Shown here piece after piece: positions 25,870 to 36,047 of a DNA stretch of 64,000 bases (positions within the stretch are counted from its first letter, which is position 1; each line of letters begins with the position of its first letter). The DNA is from a virus (Duplodnaviria; Caudoviricetes): the IMG/VR virus record IMGVR_UViG_3300012983_000001, positions 1-64,000 of that record, one strand, 5' to 3'. The position numbers and the translations under genes were made by a program. The notes below the pieces were generated by a model. That model did not search any database, was not told where the DNA came from, and saw only the letters and a program-made list of their open reading frames with translations.

Positions 25870-27216
25870 ATGGCCGCTACAAACTTAGATTTAAGCGAAT
25901 TTGATGGTTTATTTGACGACCTTGGCACTACTGCCACTGAAGCAACTCAAGTTGCAAACGAAGCAAACGTAACAGCTCAGCCAGTAAAGACAGAAGGTAT
26001 CGAGATTGAGCCAATCAATGCACCGCTCAACACGTCTACGCTTCAGTCTGCTCAGGCAAAGATGCAGCAGATTTTCGTCGAGATGAACAATCTCTTCGTA
26101 GAAAGAGATGAACTCATTAAGTTGATGATGCTTGCTGTAACCACAGGTACCAACTTACTTATGTTAGGCCCGCCTGGTACCGCTAAGTCCGCGATTACTT
26201 ATGAACTTTGCGGAAGAGTTGAGAATGCCAACTACTTCCAGTGGATGCTGAATAAGACTTCTGACCCGTCTGAAGTATTCGGCCCGTTCTCCGTTAAGGA
26301 AATGGAAAACGATAAGTTCCTTAGAATTACCAAGGGTAAGTTACCTGAGGCACACATTGCTTTCATTGACGAAGTATTTAAGTCCAATGCACCTACCTTA
26401 AATGCATTGTTGACTATCATGAATGAGCATATTTTCTACAACGACGGTAAGGCACAGCCTGTTCCGTTAATCTCCATGTTCGGTGCTTCTAATGAGCCAC
26501 CTGAAGATGAGACCCTGGATGCTATGTATGACCGTTTCATTTTCCGTATGAATGTTAAGTATGTTCACGATTCTGGTAACAAGAAGCGGATGCACAGCAA
26601 TTACATCGACAACAGAGCTGGTTTGCTCGGTCTTGCAGGTAAGACAACCATTAGTCTTAATGAGTTACTTACATTACAGCAGGCAACTAAGGGCGTAACA
26701 GTTCCGAAGACCATTATCAACAATTTCATTCGTCTTATCAATGACCTTGAGCGTCAGGCTATTCATGTGTCTGATAGAAGACAGAATGAATGTTTCAAGG
26801 TTATGCAGGGCTCCGCAGTACTTGCAGGTAGAAACGTTGTTGGTCTGGATGACTTTAAGTCTCTTGTATATGTTCTCTGGGAGAAAGAAGAGCATATTCC
26901 GATTATCGAATCCGCTATCCTTAAGATGGTTAATCCGTATGATGACCGTTTCAAGGACTTAAAGGATAACTTCAACCAGGTGAAGACCGATATCGAATCC
27001 ATTACTGATTCTTCCTTGAAGTCCAAGAAGGCTATCGAATCCAAGGGCGTTATTGAAAAGATTGTTGGTAAGGCAAATAAGCTCATCAACGAAGCTTCCA
27101 AGAGCGGTAAGGATACTCAGGATTTCGTAAACTTCAGAGATATGATGATTCAGTATAATCAGCAGCTTGTTGCCGCTGCATTAGGTACAACCTTCGGTGG
27201 TGCATTTGATATTTAA
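25870..27216 (+). CDS. MoxR/RavA-type AAA+ ATPase
   Basis: GPPGTAKS, FIDEVFKSN, LNALLTIMNE, GASNE, YDRF, SDRR. Confidence 0.92.
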   Translation: MAATNLDLSEFDGLFDDLGTTATEATQVANEANVTAQPVKTEGIEIEPINAPLNTSTLQSAQAKMQQIFVEMNNLFVERDELIKLMMLAVTTGTNLLMLGPPGTAKSAITYELCGRVENANYFQWMLNKTSDPSEVFGPFSVKEMENDKFLRITKGKLPEAHIAFIDEVFKSNAPTLNALLTIMNEHIFYNDGKAQPVPLISMFGASNEPPEDETLDAMYDRFIFRMNVKYVHDSGNKKRMHSNYIDNRAGLLGLAGKTTISLNELLTLQQATKGVTVPKTIINNFIRLINDLERQAIHVSDRRQNECFKVMQGSAVLAGRNVVGLDDFKSLVYVLWEKEEHIPIIESAILKMVNPYDDRFKDLKDNFNQVKTDIESITDSSLKSKKAIESKGVIEKIVGKANKLINEASKSGKDTQDFVNFRDMMIQYNQQLVAAALGTTFGGAFDI

Positions 27217-27235
27217 TCCAGAAAGGAGATAGTAC

Positions 27236-29053
27236 ATGGGAAACGTAGGTTTTGACGACGATTTGTTTGATGACCTGCTTGATGATTTGGATGATTTAAA
27301 CAATCCTGCTCCCACCCCAGTAAGTCATCATGGTGGGTTTCAGGATATGACATCCGAAGAAATCGAACAGTTTCAGCAGTCCCAGGAGTACAAAGAATAC
27401 AAGGCAGATATCCAGCACGCAACAGACACCCCTGCAAACATGCAGGGTAAGTCTGTACAGGAAATCTTAGGTTTGACCAACCGCAAAGAAGCCGTTGGTT
27501 ATTCCTATAATGCACTGGAGCACTATGATATTGACATTGAAACATATGAGGATATCGTAGCACAGTCACCTGTTATGCAACAGACATTATGGGACGGAGA
27601 ACAGCTGTTACCGACGTTCAAATATCTGCATCAGGATATCTTCTTAAGTCTTTATAAGTATAAGGCAGTTGTATTGCCTGAGACTCAAATGCATATTTCT
27701 ACCCGTATGAATCGTGGTATTATCGGTAACTTAATCAATACACCAGAGTATATCTCTTTACGTCAGACTTGTCGTATGGACCAGTTTAACGCCGCTCTGG
27801 GTACCGAAATTATCGGTAGAGAAGCGATAGAAATCTTGAAGGAAGCACTGAAGCAAGTACAAGACCTTCAGAAGAAGAAAGATGCGATGGACAGACTCAT
27901 CGAAGAGGAAGAGAAGATTGACTCCTTAATGGAAGAAATCGGAGACATTGATGAGTTAATTGACCAAGCAAAACGCCAGGGTAATGGTGCATATGCCGCT
28001 CAGCTTCAGGCAGAAAGAGAAGCAAAAGAACAGGCGGCGGCTACACTCAAGGCTATGGCAAATAAGATTGCCGAAGAGTGTGATGAATTGATTGATGAGA
28101 ACGACTCTCTTGCACAAGAAGTAAGCGTTAGCATGGGTAAGACACTTGATGCAACTTCTCAGGAAGTACAGCAAGTGTCTGATTTATGTGAAGCCTGGGG
28201 TCTTGGCACAGGCGAAAATGGACGTGTTGCTTTCCAGAACAAGAAAGACGCTATCGAAAAGATTAGACGTTCTTCCAAGCTGAATAAGCTTACCGATTTG
28301 GTTGGTAGATTTAAAGAATCTGCTATTACTGAACAGAAGAAGAAAGCTAAGCATGGTGCAGTTGAAATCAAATCTGTTACTGTAGGTGACAAGATTGAGG
28401 ATACGTTACCATCTGACCGTATGAATCTCTGTAATGATTCTACGAAGAAAGACTTCTATCGTCGTATGACAGAACATCAGTTATTGACATACAGTAAGGA
28501 AGCGCACAAACAGAAGAACAAAGGTCCTATTATCGTGTGTGTTGATACCTCTGGTTCTATGAATGGCGATGAAGAAATTTGGAGTAAGGCTCTTACTGTC
28601 GGTATTCTTGAAGTTGCTCAGATGCAGAAACGTGACTTTGCTTGTATCATCTACAGTAGCAGTGCAGATGACCCGATTGTCATCAAGAAAGATGAAATTG
28701 CTCCACAGAAGATTATCACCTGTGCTGAAAAGTTCCATGGCGGTGGTACATCTTTCGAATCTCCTTTGAACAAGGCTCTTGAGTTAATCAAGGATTCTAC
28801 GTTCAAAGAGGCAGATATTGTATTCATTACGGATGGTGACTGTTATGTATCCGATGAATTTACTCGTAAGTTCAAGGCTACCAAGGAAGATAAGGGTTTT
28901 AAGACTCTCGGCGTTCTGGTAAACATGGGTAGAGGACATTGTTCCGATAGTAGCTTGAAAGAATTCTGTGATAGTATTACACTGGTAAGTGATATTGCAG
29001 ACTTAAAGGATAGTCAGTCCACTGTTAACAAGTCTATTTTCGGTGCGTTGTAA
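27236..29053 (+). CDS. VWA domain protein (ViaA-like partner of the AAA ATPase)
   Basis: [14 protein letters not shown] (MIDAS), [14 protein letters not shown]. Confidence 0.92.
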   Translation: MGNVGFDDDLFDDLLDDLDDLNNPAPTPVSHHGGFQDMTSEEIEQFQQSQEYKEYKADIQHATDTPANMQGKSVQEILGLTNRKEAVGYSYNALEHYDIDIETYEDIVAQSPVMQQTLWDGEQLLPTFKYLHQDIFLSLYKYKAVVLPETQMHISTRMNRGIIGNLINTPEYISLRQTCRMDQFNAALGTEIIGREAIEILKEALKQVQDLQKKKDAMDRLIEEEEKIDSLMEEIGDIDELIDQAKRQGNGAYAAQLQAEREAKEQAAATLKAMANKIAEECDELIDENDSLAQEVSVSMGKTLDATSQEVQQVSDLCEAWGLGTGENGRVAFQNKKDAIEKIRRSSKLNKLTDLVGRFKESAITEQKKKAKHGAVEIKSVTVGDKIEDTLPSDRMNLCNDSTKKDFYRRMTEHQLLTYSKEAHKQKNKGPIIVCVDTSGSMNGDEEIWSKALTVGILEVAQMQKRDFACIIYSSSADDPIVIKKDEIAPQKIITCAEKFHGGGTSFESPLNKALELIKDSTFKEADIVFITDGDCYVSDEFTRKFKATKEDKGFKTLGVLVNMGRGHCSDSSLKEFCDSITLVSDIADLKDSQSTVNKSIFGAL

Positions 29054-29088
29054 TATACGCACCGAAATATTACGAGGAGGACACATTA

Positions 29089-29457
29089 ATGTGTGATGTA
29101 CGAAAACTTGATACAATCCAGACCAAGGAAAACTTAAACAAGGTATTTGCAATAGACGAGATTGGTCCTGGCAATGCAAACCATGAATACGAAATCAGAA
29201 TCGTAGAAGGCGGTTGTGTAGTTGGCCATATTCAGCTTCAGAAAGGACCAAGAAACTTGGATAATTCCGTTCATGGAGTTATCGACAGTGATTTGCTCGA
29301 AATTGTAAGAGACCGCTTAATAGGTTTCCAGGCTGGACCATACGCAAGTGATTACAATGCTCAGGCTTTGTATCACGTAGAAGAGGCATTAAAGGCGCTG
29401 AACGCCAGAGTCGAAGACCGTATTGCAAGAAACGTTCTCGGCACCAACAACCAATAG
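29089..29457 (+). CDS. tad1: Tad1 (Thoeris anti-defence 1) family signal-sponge protein
   Basis: GPGNANHEY...QKGPR...[21 protein letters not shown]...HVEEAL...RVEDRI.RNVLGTN closely matches clostridial Tad1 as I recall it. Confidence 0.88.
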   Translation: MCDVRKLDTIQTKENLNKVFAIDEIGPGNANHEYEIRIVEGGCVVGHIQLQKGPRNLDNSVHGVIDSDLLEIVRDRLIGFQAGPYASDYNAQALYHVEEALKALNARVEDRIARNVLGTNNQ

Positions 29458-29467
29458 GAGGTTTAAT

Positions 29468-30082
29468 ATGCAAGCACGCGAAATTATTGCTAAAGCGGAA
29501 GCATTTGCGATAGATTTTATTGCAAAGATTAGCAGTCCAAATGAACAGCCTGAACGAAAGCAGGTGTATTTCCTGGACACTCAGGATGACCTGAAGAAAT
29601 ATATGGGCGCATTACAGAAGGTTGTAAGCAGTCTCAACAATCCGACTGAAGAAGATGAGGGCGTTGATGAAGAAGCTTTGACATTAATTGCCAAGGCAAA
29701 TGCTGTCATCACTCAGTTAAAGACAGCGATTGCCGAATTCCAGAAAGAACTGGCTATCAGTGATGATGTTACTGAAGAAGAAACCACAGCGGTATTTACT
29801 CAGGAAACATTATCTGATGCAATGGCAAACAACGCTACAACCAAGGAAATTGCCGCAAACATGAATGCTATTGCTGAACAGCAGGCAGTTGCGAGCCAAC
29901 TCACATACAACTATGCATTAGTTTGTGATGGCCAGATTAACATGATTGCAGCCACAACCAAGAGCCAGTTAAACGATTCCATTAACGCAATCGCAAATAC
30001 TGGTAATTATCAGAGTATTCAGCTATACAAGATGCAGTTTACTCCTGTACCGTTAAAGCAGAAGACAGTTCTTAGCGTATAA
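29468..30082 (+). CDS. Hypothetical protein
   Basis: AGGAGG RBS. Confidence 0.8.
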   Translation: MQAREIIAKAEAFAIDFIAKISSPNEQPERKQVYFLDTQDDLKKYMGALQKVVSSLNNPTEEDEGVDEEALTLIAKANAVITQLKTAIAEFQKELAISDDVTEEETTAVFTQETLSDAMANNATTKEIAANMNAIAEQQAVASQLTYNYALVCDGQINMIAATTKSQLNDSINAIANTGNYQSIQLYKMQFTPVPLKQKTVLSV

Positions 30083-30093
30083 GGAGGGATGGT

Positions 30094-31059
30094 ATGAGTA
30101 ATGCATTATGCAAAACGAACCAGGAAATCCCTCAGGACATGCTTTTAGGTAATTTGTTGTTCACCAATCTTATCGACATGAAGATACCAGTTAGCGATTT
30201 AACTGGTATCTTTCAGGCGAACAATATTCCCGAAAGCTACGTTAGGAATATCTCACAGGCAGATGCTTTTCGTAGAGCATCTTCCAGTATTAAGAACAGC
30301 ATTATATACGTAAGCGGCACTAATGGCAACGATAAAGTTCGTGTCGAAGTTGATGAAGTCCGCAATGAACCAGACTCTATTAAACGAATCATTGGCGTTA
30401 AAAGAGTTGACGAGGTTCAGGAAGATATTCAGTATGAGCCAGTAGCAGAGATTATTTTTAATCGTGCAGGCGGTGTATGTGTAGCAACACCGTATGCTCA
30501 GCCAGGAGATGCTGATTATCAAACATTCAGAGATTTATGTGATATGGTAGAAAACCGATATGCAGAATGGTCTGTGTATCACAATAAAGATACGGTTAGA
30601 AACATTATCAATCGTATTATTACCGACACACATCCTGTAAATTTAATGCCTACAGGCTTATGTAAGTTCATTCCGTCAGGGTTTACTGATATGGTATACA
30701 ATTTAAGAACTGCACTCGGAGAGATGTCAGCATATGCTGTCAATCCAAACTCAGGCAGAAACGTGATGGAAGTTATTCCAGTTATAGATACCGAAGAACA
30801 GAGAGACTTGATTGAGAAGAATTTCACTGCCGAGATTACCAATGAGTTATTCAATTTTACACAGGAATTAAAGGACGTCTTAGCTAAAAAGCAGACGTTA
30901 AGTGTTCGTACCGCTGCTTCTTATATTGACAAGTTCAATCTTCTGAAATCCAAAGCAAAGGAATATGAGTCACTTTTGGGTATTTATGTGAACTCTATTC
31001 ATCAGCAAATTACAGAATCCATTGAGCTTGTGGATAACAGCACAGATGCCGATGAGTAA
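30094..31059 (+). CDS. Hypothetical protein (type often found beside AAA/VWA pairs)
   Basis: AAGGAGG RBS; DAFRRAS motif. Confidence 0.8.
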   Translation: MSNALCKTNQEIPQDMLLGNLLFTNLIDMKIPVSDLTGIFQANNIPESYVRNISQADAFRRASSSIKNSIIYVSGTNGNDKVRVEVDEVRNEPDSIKRIIGVKRVDEVQEDIQYEPVAEIIFNRAGGVCVATPYAQPGDADYQTFRDLCDMVENRYAEWSVYHNKDTVRNIINRIITDTHPVNLMPTGLCKFIPSGFTDMVYNLRTALGEMSAYAVNPNSGRNVMEVIPVIDTEEQRDLIEKNFTAEITNELFNFTQELKDVLAKKQTLSVRTAASYIDKFNLLKSKAKEYESLLGIYVNSIHQQITESIELVDNSTDADE

Positions 31060-31456
31060 ATTTACATATCGGTATATTAAAGGCCAAGAGGTGTTTATGG
31101 AGGAACACATGCTGTCCGCAACGGAATTAGCAAAAATGTTTGGTCTTTATACGCTGAACAATAATCCTAACGGATTATTAGTAAGCCATATTCTTAAGGA
31201 TTATGTAAGAGACAGCAACCTAAATGTATCTGAATACTATTACCCTCATGGCCGTGGTGTCATGAGGGTATATCCTTCTATTGTATATCAGAAAGCACTT
31301 AATGATTTCGTCTTTGACTTAGAAGAAGGCAAAGAGTATGCTTATGTAATCAATACAGAACGTGGCAAAAGCAAGATGCATTTCAAACATCAAAAAAGAA
31401 AAAGCGGTAAGATTATATCCATGACAGAAAGGAGAGGGGCAGATGTCAGAAAATAA
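31052..31456 (+). CDS. Hypothetical protein, possible DNA binding
   Basis: LSATELAKMFG HTH-like start; start codon uncertain. Confidence 0.7.
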   Translation: MSKFTYRYIKGQEVFMEEHMLSATELAKMFGLYTLNNNPNGLLVSHILKDYVRDSNLNVSEYYYPHGRGVMRVYPSIVYQKALNDFVFDLEEGKEYAYVINTERGKSKMHFKHQKRKSGKIISMTERRGADVRK

Positions 31457-32231
31457 ATTATGTCCGCATTGTGGCGGTAAAATGTTTATGGCGACTATCA
31501 CACGAGCATGTCTTGTAGAAGTCTCTACTGATAAAGAAAACCCTTACAAGATTATGAAGGAAGGCAAGGACAAGTTCGATATTGCCATCCTGAAGTGTGC
31601 GAGATGTCGCGAAGACATCACCGAAGAGCAGTTAGTATCTGCTGTCGCATGTAAAGAATGCGGTAGATTAGTTACACCTGCGGATGTAGATGAGAACGGT
31701 GTATGCGACGTATGTAACGCAATGAAACAGCGTACAGAACTTGCCAATGCATCCAAGGAAGACCTTGTTAAAATGTTACTGGAAGCTGAAAAGCGTAGCA
31801 ATCCTGTAGCAGCTAAAATGGCTGAAAAGCAGAATGTTGCAACTGACAACACGACAGGTGGTGGATTTACTTTAACGCCAGTTGAAGATGAGACACCAGC
31901 CGAAGAAGATGTTGTGCCAGTAGAAGAAGCACCTGCACAGCCAAAGAAACGTGCAAGACGCAAGAAGACAGATAATGCTGTTACAGAAGCAACAGAAGAT
32001 ACTGTAGCTGAAACCGAAGAGGCGGCAACTGAAGAAGAAGCTCCAGCAGTAGAAACTGAAGTTCCAGTAGAAGAAGCCGTTGCAGACCTTGCAAATCAGC
32101 AGGAAGCTCCGTTTCCTGACATGAATTTACCTGAGGAAATGGTAGCTACACCAGAGCCACAGCCAGTTCAGGAAGAACAGGCAGTTGGAGCTGTTTTCCC
32201 GATGTTTGATGAAGACGGAGGGTCATTCTAA
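31443..32231 (+). CDS. Double zinc-ribbon protein with acidic tail
   Basis: CPHC, CARC, CKEC, CDVC; tail ends FPMFDEDGGSF like the SSB tail. Confidence 0.8.
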   Translation: MSENKLCPHCGGKMFMATITRACLVEVSTDKENPYKIMKEGKDKFDIAILKCARCREDITEEQLVSAVACKECGRLVTPADVDENGVCDVCNAMKQRTELANASKEDLVKMLLEAEKRSNPVAAKMAEKQNVATDNTTGGGFTLTPVEDETPAEEDVVPVEEAPAQPKKRARRKKTDNAVTEATEDTVAETEEAATEEEAPAVETEVPVEEAVADLANQQEAPFPDMNLPEEMVATPEPQPVQEEQAVGAVFPMFDEDGGSF

Positions 32232-32240
32232 GAAGGAGTA

Positions 32241-32268
32241 GGCAGGGAGTAACATCCCTGCCAATTTT
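32241..32268 (+). terminator. Intrinsic terminator
   Basis: GGCAGGGA/TCCCTGCC then AATTTT. Confidence 0.65.
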
Positions 32269-32273
32269 ATTTT

Positions 32274-32528
32274 ATGGCAAGACAATATACCTTAAGCCGT
32301 GAGATGTATCGCGGTATCAAACAGATGAACGCAACAGAAATGGGTGCGTTCTTAGGTAGTGTATATGATGAAGGATTCGCAGCGGCGCTGAAGAATACCG
32401 ATAACATTACTACCGAAGATTTACACAATGCCATTGGCACCGTTAAAGGTATTGGTGACAAACGAATGGCAGAGATTGATGATGCAATACGTAAACTATT
32501 TGAGGAGAGAAGGAATGACCGTGGATAA
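32274..32528 (+). CDS. Small helix-hairpin-helix protein
   Basis: TVKGIGDKR HhH motif. Confidence 0.7.
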   Translation: MARQYTLSREMYRGIKQMNATEMGAFLGSVYDEGFAAALKNTDNITTEDLHNAIGTVKGIGDKRMAEIDDAIRKLFEERRNDRG

Positions 32529-33282
32529 TACCATGATTATATCAGAGATGATACAGGAAGAATTATCTTCCAAAATTGTCAAGACTGAATCTGGTGATTA
32601 TAAAGTGGTACTCAGGCCATCTGCAATTTCTAAATCATTAGAAGATAAATTATCTACTGATGATATTTCTGTTGGAATGAATGTCGTTTTACGACAAATG
32701 AAATATTCCAATTTAATGTCTAATTTGCACAGTCAGTGTTGTAATATTAATTGTATTTCCAAGGATAAATGTGCCTTCCGTGCATTACCTAATGGCAATA
32801 CGAATGCCGATGTTATGTTCATCAGTAAAATGCCGACAGATTATGAGGTAGCAACAATGACTAGTCATACAGACAGAGTGGGCGTATTACTATCCATGAT
32901 TTTAAAGAAAATGAATGTATCACGAGATTCTATTTACTGTACAGATATGATTAAATGCAATACTCAGTTAGATGAGACATCTTATTATGAATGTATTCAC
33001 TCATATTTGGATAATGAGATAGAACATGTTGCACCAAAGGTCATTGTTTGTAATGGTTTATCTGTACTGAAAGCATGTAGTAGAACAGGTACATTAAAGA
33101 GCTTGCCAGTTGACGTAACTTATGGTAAGATATATGACGCAAGGACTGCATCAGATGTACCAGTAAAAGTTATTGCAGTATACGATTTAGATACTGTATT
33201 ACAAAAAACAGGTGACGACTATACAAAGTGTAAGTCGGAGCTCTGGAATCAGTTAGTATCTGCATTCCAAGCAACCATTTAG
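32515..33282 (+). CDS. Family-4 uracil-DNA glycosylase-like protein, catalytic motifs degenerate
   Basis: GNTNADVMFISKMP (for GEAP), G.LL..IL, IYCTDMIKC, C..YL..EI..V.PKVIV..G; YHP replaced by YDL. Confidence 0.7.
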   Translation: MTVDNTMIISEMIQEELSSKIVKTESGDYKVVLRPSAISKSLEDKLSTDDISVGMNVVLRQMKYSNLMSNLHSQCCNINCISKDKCAFRALPNGNTNADVMFISKMPTDYEVATMTSHTDRVGVLLSMILKKMNVSRDSIYCTDMIKCNTQLDETSYYECIHSYLDNEIEHVAPKVIVCNGLSVLKACSRTGTLKSLPVDVTYGKIYDARTASDVPVKVIAVYDLDTVLQKTGDDYTKCKSELWNQLVSAFQATI

Positions 33283-33297
33283 AAAGGACGAAAGGCT

Positions 33298-33486
33298 TTG
33301 GTAAGATATATTATTGAAAAAACCATTTGTGATGATTATGCTCACGGGCATTTTACCTTAATGGGTGACAATGGTAAACCAAAAACATTCACTACTGAAA
33401 GCGAAGCAATGAATTTCTTGAAGGATTCGGGCGTTTCTGAACAAGAAATCGCAAAGCTTTATAATATCAAACCATATGTAATCTAG
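33298..33486 (+). CDS. Hypothetical protein
   Basis: TTG start after AAAGGA. Confidence 0.6.
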   Translation: MVRYIIEKTICDDYAHGHFTLMGDNGKPKTFTTESEAMNFLKDSGVSEQEIAKLYNIKPYVI

Positions 33487-33496
33487 GAGGTGCAAC

Positions 33497-33805
33497 ATGG
33501 ATACAAGCAAGATTCGTATTAACGGCGCAAGAGTGCTCGTTAAAGAAGAAAAGCTTAGTGCAGCAACAGAGTCTGGTATTATTATGCCAGGTAGAGACAA
33601 GCAACAGACCAACAAAGGTACGGTATTAGTTGTTGGTGATGGTGCGTTACTTGAGAACGGTACAAAAGTACCAGTGGCCGTAAAGGTAGGAGAAACAGTT
33701 ATTTATTCCAGCTTTAGCGGTTCACCTATCAAACAGGATGAAAAAGATGAGGATACATATCTTATCTTAAATGAAAGAGACATCCTCTGTGTAGTCGAAG
33801 ACTAG
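33497..33805 (+). CDS. groES: Co-chaperonin GroES
   Basis: RVLVK...TESGIIMP...GTVLVVGDG...VKVGETVIY...YLILNERDIL. Confidence 0.95.
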   Translation: MDTSKIRINGARVLVKEEKLSAATESGIIMPGRDKQQTNKGTVLVVGDGALLENGTKVPVAVKVGETVIYSSFSGSPIKQDEKDEDTYLILNERDILCVVED

Positions 33806-33809
33806 TGAG

Positions 33810-33837
33810 GAGCCCTGCGGTAAGCGGGGCTCTTTTT
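33810..33837 (+). terminator. Intrinsic terminator
   Basis: GAGCCCTGC/GCGGGGCTC then TTTTT. Confidence 0.75.
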
Positions 33838-33853
33838 CGTTTCTGGAGGTTAT

Positions 33854-34159
33854 ATGGATTACATTATTAAACGAAGCGTTATTCAGATAAAGGATACCGC
33901 TGAATATACGCTCGTATCATTGGAGCAAGGGTATCCTACTATTCAAGATGCGATTGAAGCATTGGATAAGCTTTGGAAAGCAGACAAAGCTATGTATCGT
34001 TTAGCAATACAAGAAGCACCAGTTAATACATTTTGTGATGATTGTCACGATAATGCGTCTTATATGTTCCGTATCGGCAATGTTGTTATTGAAGGAGAAC
34101 TGGTTGACGCTAAACGTTACGCACGCAATATTTTTGGACTTGAGGAGGTAAAACAATGA
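33854..34159 (+). CDS. Hypothetical protein
   Basis: GGAGG RBS. Confidence 0.7.
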   Translation: MDYIIKRSVIQIKDTAEYTLVSLEQGYPTIQDAIEALDKLWKADKAMYRLAIQEAPVNTFCDDCHDNASYMFRIGNVVIEGELVDAKRYARNIFGLEEVKQ

Positions 34160-34359
34160 AACTTACCGATAACTATTTAAAGAACATATGTAAGATTGGA
34201 CAAGGAAAGGCTTGTTGTCGTTATCTTACATGTTCAGCAGATGGTTTTAAGTGTGAAAAGCTTGGCCCCTTAAAAGGTGTTCTTGACAGTCGAGTAATGT
34301 ATATGACTGCTCAAGGAGATAACTGTGAAGGAGTTGATAATCGTGAAAAAACGCATTGA
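34156..34359 (+). CDS. Small Cys-rich phage protein
   Basis: CKIGQGKACCRYL...C...NCEG. Confidence 0.7.
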   Translation: MKLTDNYLKNICKIGQGKACCRYLTCSADGFKCEKLGPLKGVLDSRVMYMTAQGDNCEGVDNREKTH

Positions 34360-34531
34360 TGAATTTCTCTATCGTTATATAGTTACAGTTCTTATAGTGT
34401 TCGGATTACGTTATCCCATTGCTTTATTGAAGCCAGTTACATTAACAGACATTGCAACAACATGTATTACTGTTCTTATTGTAAATTGCTTACAGGAGGT
34501 GTTTCGCAAACATGATGATAAAAATAACTGA
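34343..34531 (+). CDS. Small membrane protein
   Basis: GTG after AAGGAG; two hydrophobic segments. Confidence 0.6.
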   Translation: MKKRIDEFLYRYIVTVLIVFGLRYPIALLKPVTLTDIATTCITVLIVNCLQEVFRKHDDKNN

Positions 34532-35261
34532 AAAGTGCTCTATGGGCTGTACACACTGTATGAACTGTGCAACACCAGAAGGTCAGCATATGGACTTCGA
34601 TACTTTTATGAAAGCAATTGCTTTTCAAAAGCGGTATGGAGGTTCTTTTTGTTTGATAACGGGTGGAGAACCAACAGAGCATCCTGCATTTGCTTTTTTC
34701 TTAGGATATGCAGTTAAGGCATTGCCATATTGTTTTATTACGGTTGCCACGAATGGATTATGGTTAATGGAAAACTGTGATATCGTACAATCTATTTGTA
34801 AGCATCATGGTGACAGGATTTTATTCCAGGTAACCAACGACCCTAGATATTATCCAATACCATTAGATACTACGCATCCTGTTTTTCAGCTGGACAACGT
34901 AATGTTGTGCGATGAGGTGCCACAGATATATCCGCAGGGTAGAGCTCTTGAAAATAATTTACCGTGGACCGCAAAGGCGTGTAAATGTTTCAATATTCGT
35001 GCTATACCTCAGCAGATTCAAGTAAAGGCATTAGAGATAATAATATCTATGATGGCCCTTAAGGGTAAGTACTGCACGCCACATATTAGTATAGATGGGC
35101 ATATTAAACTTGGTGAAAGTGATTTATGTCCTAACTGTAGCCATATTGATAAGACAGGAGATGAAATCGTACAGGATATATTAAACTTTACATGTAGCGA
35201 TTGTAATCATGTTACATGCAATTTAAGCAAGGAACTTAGAAATCTGATAGGAGAAGAATAA
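34512..35261 (+). CDS. Radical SAM protein
   Basis: CSMGCTHC (CxxxCxxC), ITGGEPTEHP, TNG; C-terminal Cys cluster. Confidence 0.9.
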   Translation: MMIKITEKCSMGCTHCMNCATPEGQHMDFDTFMKAIAFQKRYGGSFCLITGGEPTEHPAFAFFLGYAVKALPYCFITVATNGLWLMENCDIVQSICKHHGDRILFQVTNDPRYYPIPLDTTHPVFQLDNVMLCDEVPQIYPQGRALENNLPWTAKACKCFNIRAIPQQIQVKALEIIISMMALKGKYCTPHISIDGHIKLGESDLCPNCSHIDKTGDEIVQDILNFTCSDCNHVTCNLSKELRNLIGEE

Positions 35262-35262
35262 G

Positions 35263-36033
35263 ATGAAATACAATGACGAAAAAGACTTGCAAAATTTTAA
35301 AAAACTGAATACGGCATCCTGGGATACAGTCAAAGACAGTGTATTTGTGAGATTGATGAACGAGAAGTACGTTAGTAAGTATAACGAGAATATTGCATAT
35401 GTTAAGTTCTTGGATTTGGCAATGACTTTTTCGGTTCAGGAGAAATCCAATGACACTATTCTGTCTCACATGATTACCAAAGACGATTTATCGAAATGGA
35501 ATGTTGACCTTGAAACAGTGCAACATATTGCCAAGCACAACACTGAATATGACAGAAAGAAACGCATTATGACATTTAAGCAAAGTGCATTAAAGAATAA
35601 CATAATGTACCCTCTATTGCAGGTTCCACAAGGATTGACAATGGGTGTTGGTGGAAATTCCGCGGCTGAGTGTGGCATTATTCAGGATGTGGACGAACAA
35701 ACAGGCAACAATAACATTATTGTTCTTTGTAACAAATATGATGTCTTTGGAGCCGCTTATATGACCATTCCAGAAGTATTGGAAGAAGTTTGGTCTCGTT
35801 TTAACGGCGAAAACTTTTACATTATCCCATTGTCTGTTCATCAGGTTATATGTGTAAGAAATAGTTATGTTACTCATGACAATGAAAAGCCAGTATATGA
35901 AGTTGAGGATGATTTACTGGACATGATAGAATCCTTTAATGATAGTAACAACAAGTCGTGGAAGGATATACTATCGTATAAAATTTATTATTATTTTGGT
36001 AATGATGGGAAGAAACTATTTCTCATCAAATAG
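35263..36033 (+). CDS. Hypothetical protein (DUF5688-like)
   Basis: FLDLA...FGAA...FYIIPLSVHQVI...LSYKIYYY pattern. Confidence 0.7.
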   Translation: MKYNDEKDLQNFKKLNTASWDTVKDSVFVRLMNEKYVSKYNENIAYVKFLDLAMTFSVQEKSNDTILSHMITKDDLSKWNVDLETVQHIAKHNTEYDRKKRIMTFKQSALKNNIMYPLLQVPQGLTMGVGGNSAAECGIIQDVDEQTGNNNIIVLCNKYDVFGAAYMTIPEVLEEVWSRFNGENFYIIPLSVHQVICVRNSYVTHDNEKPVYEVEDDLLDMIESFNDSNNKSWKDILSYKIYYYFGNDGKKLFLIK

Positions 36034-36047
36034 AAAGGAGATTAGAT

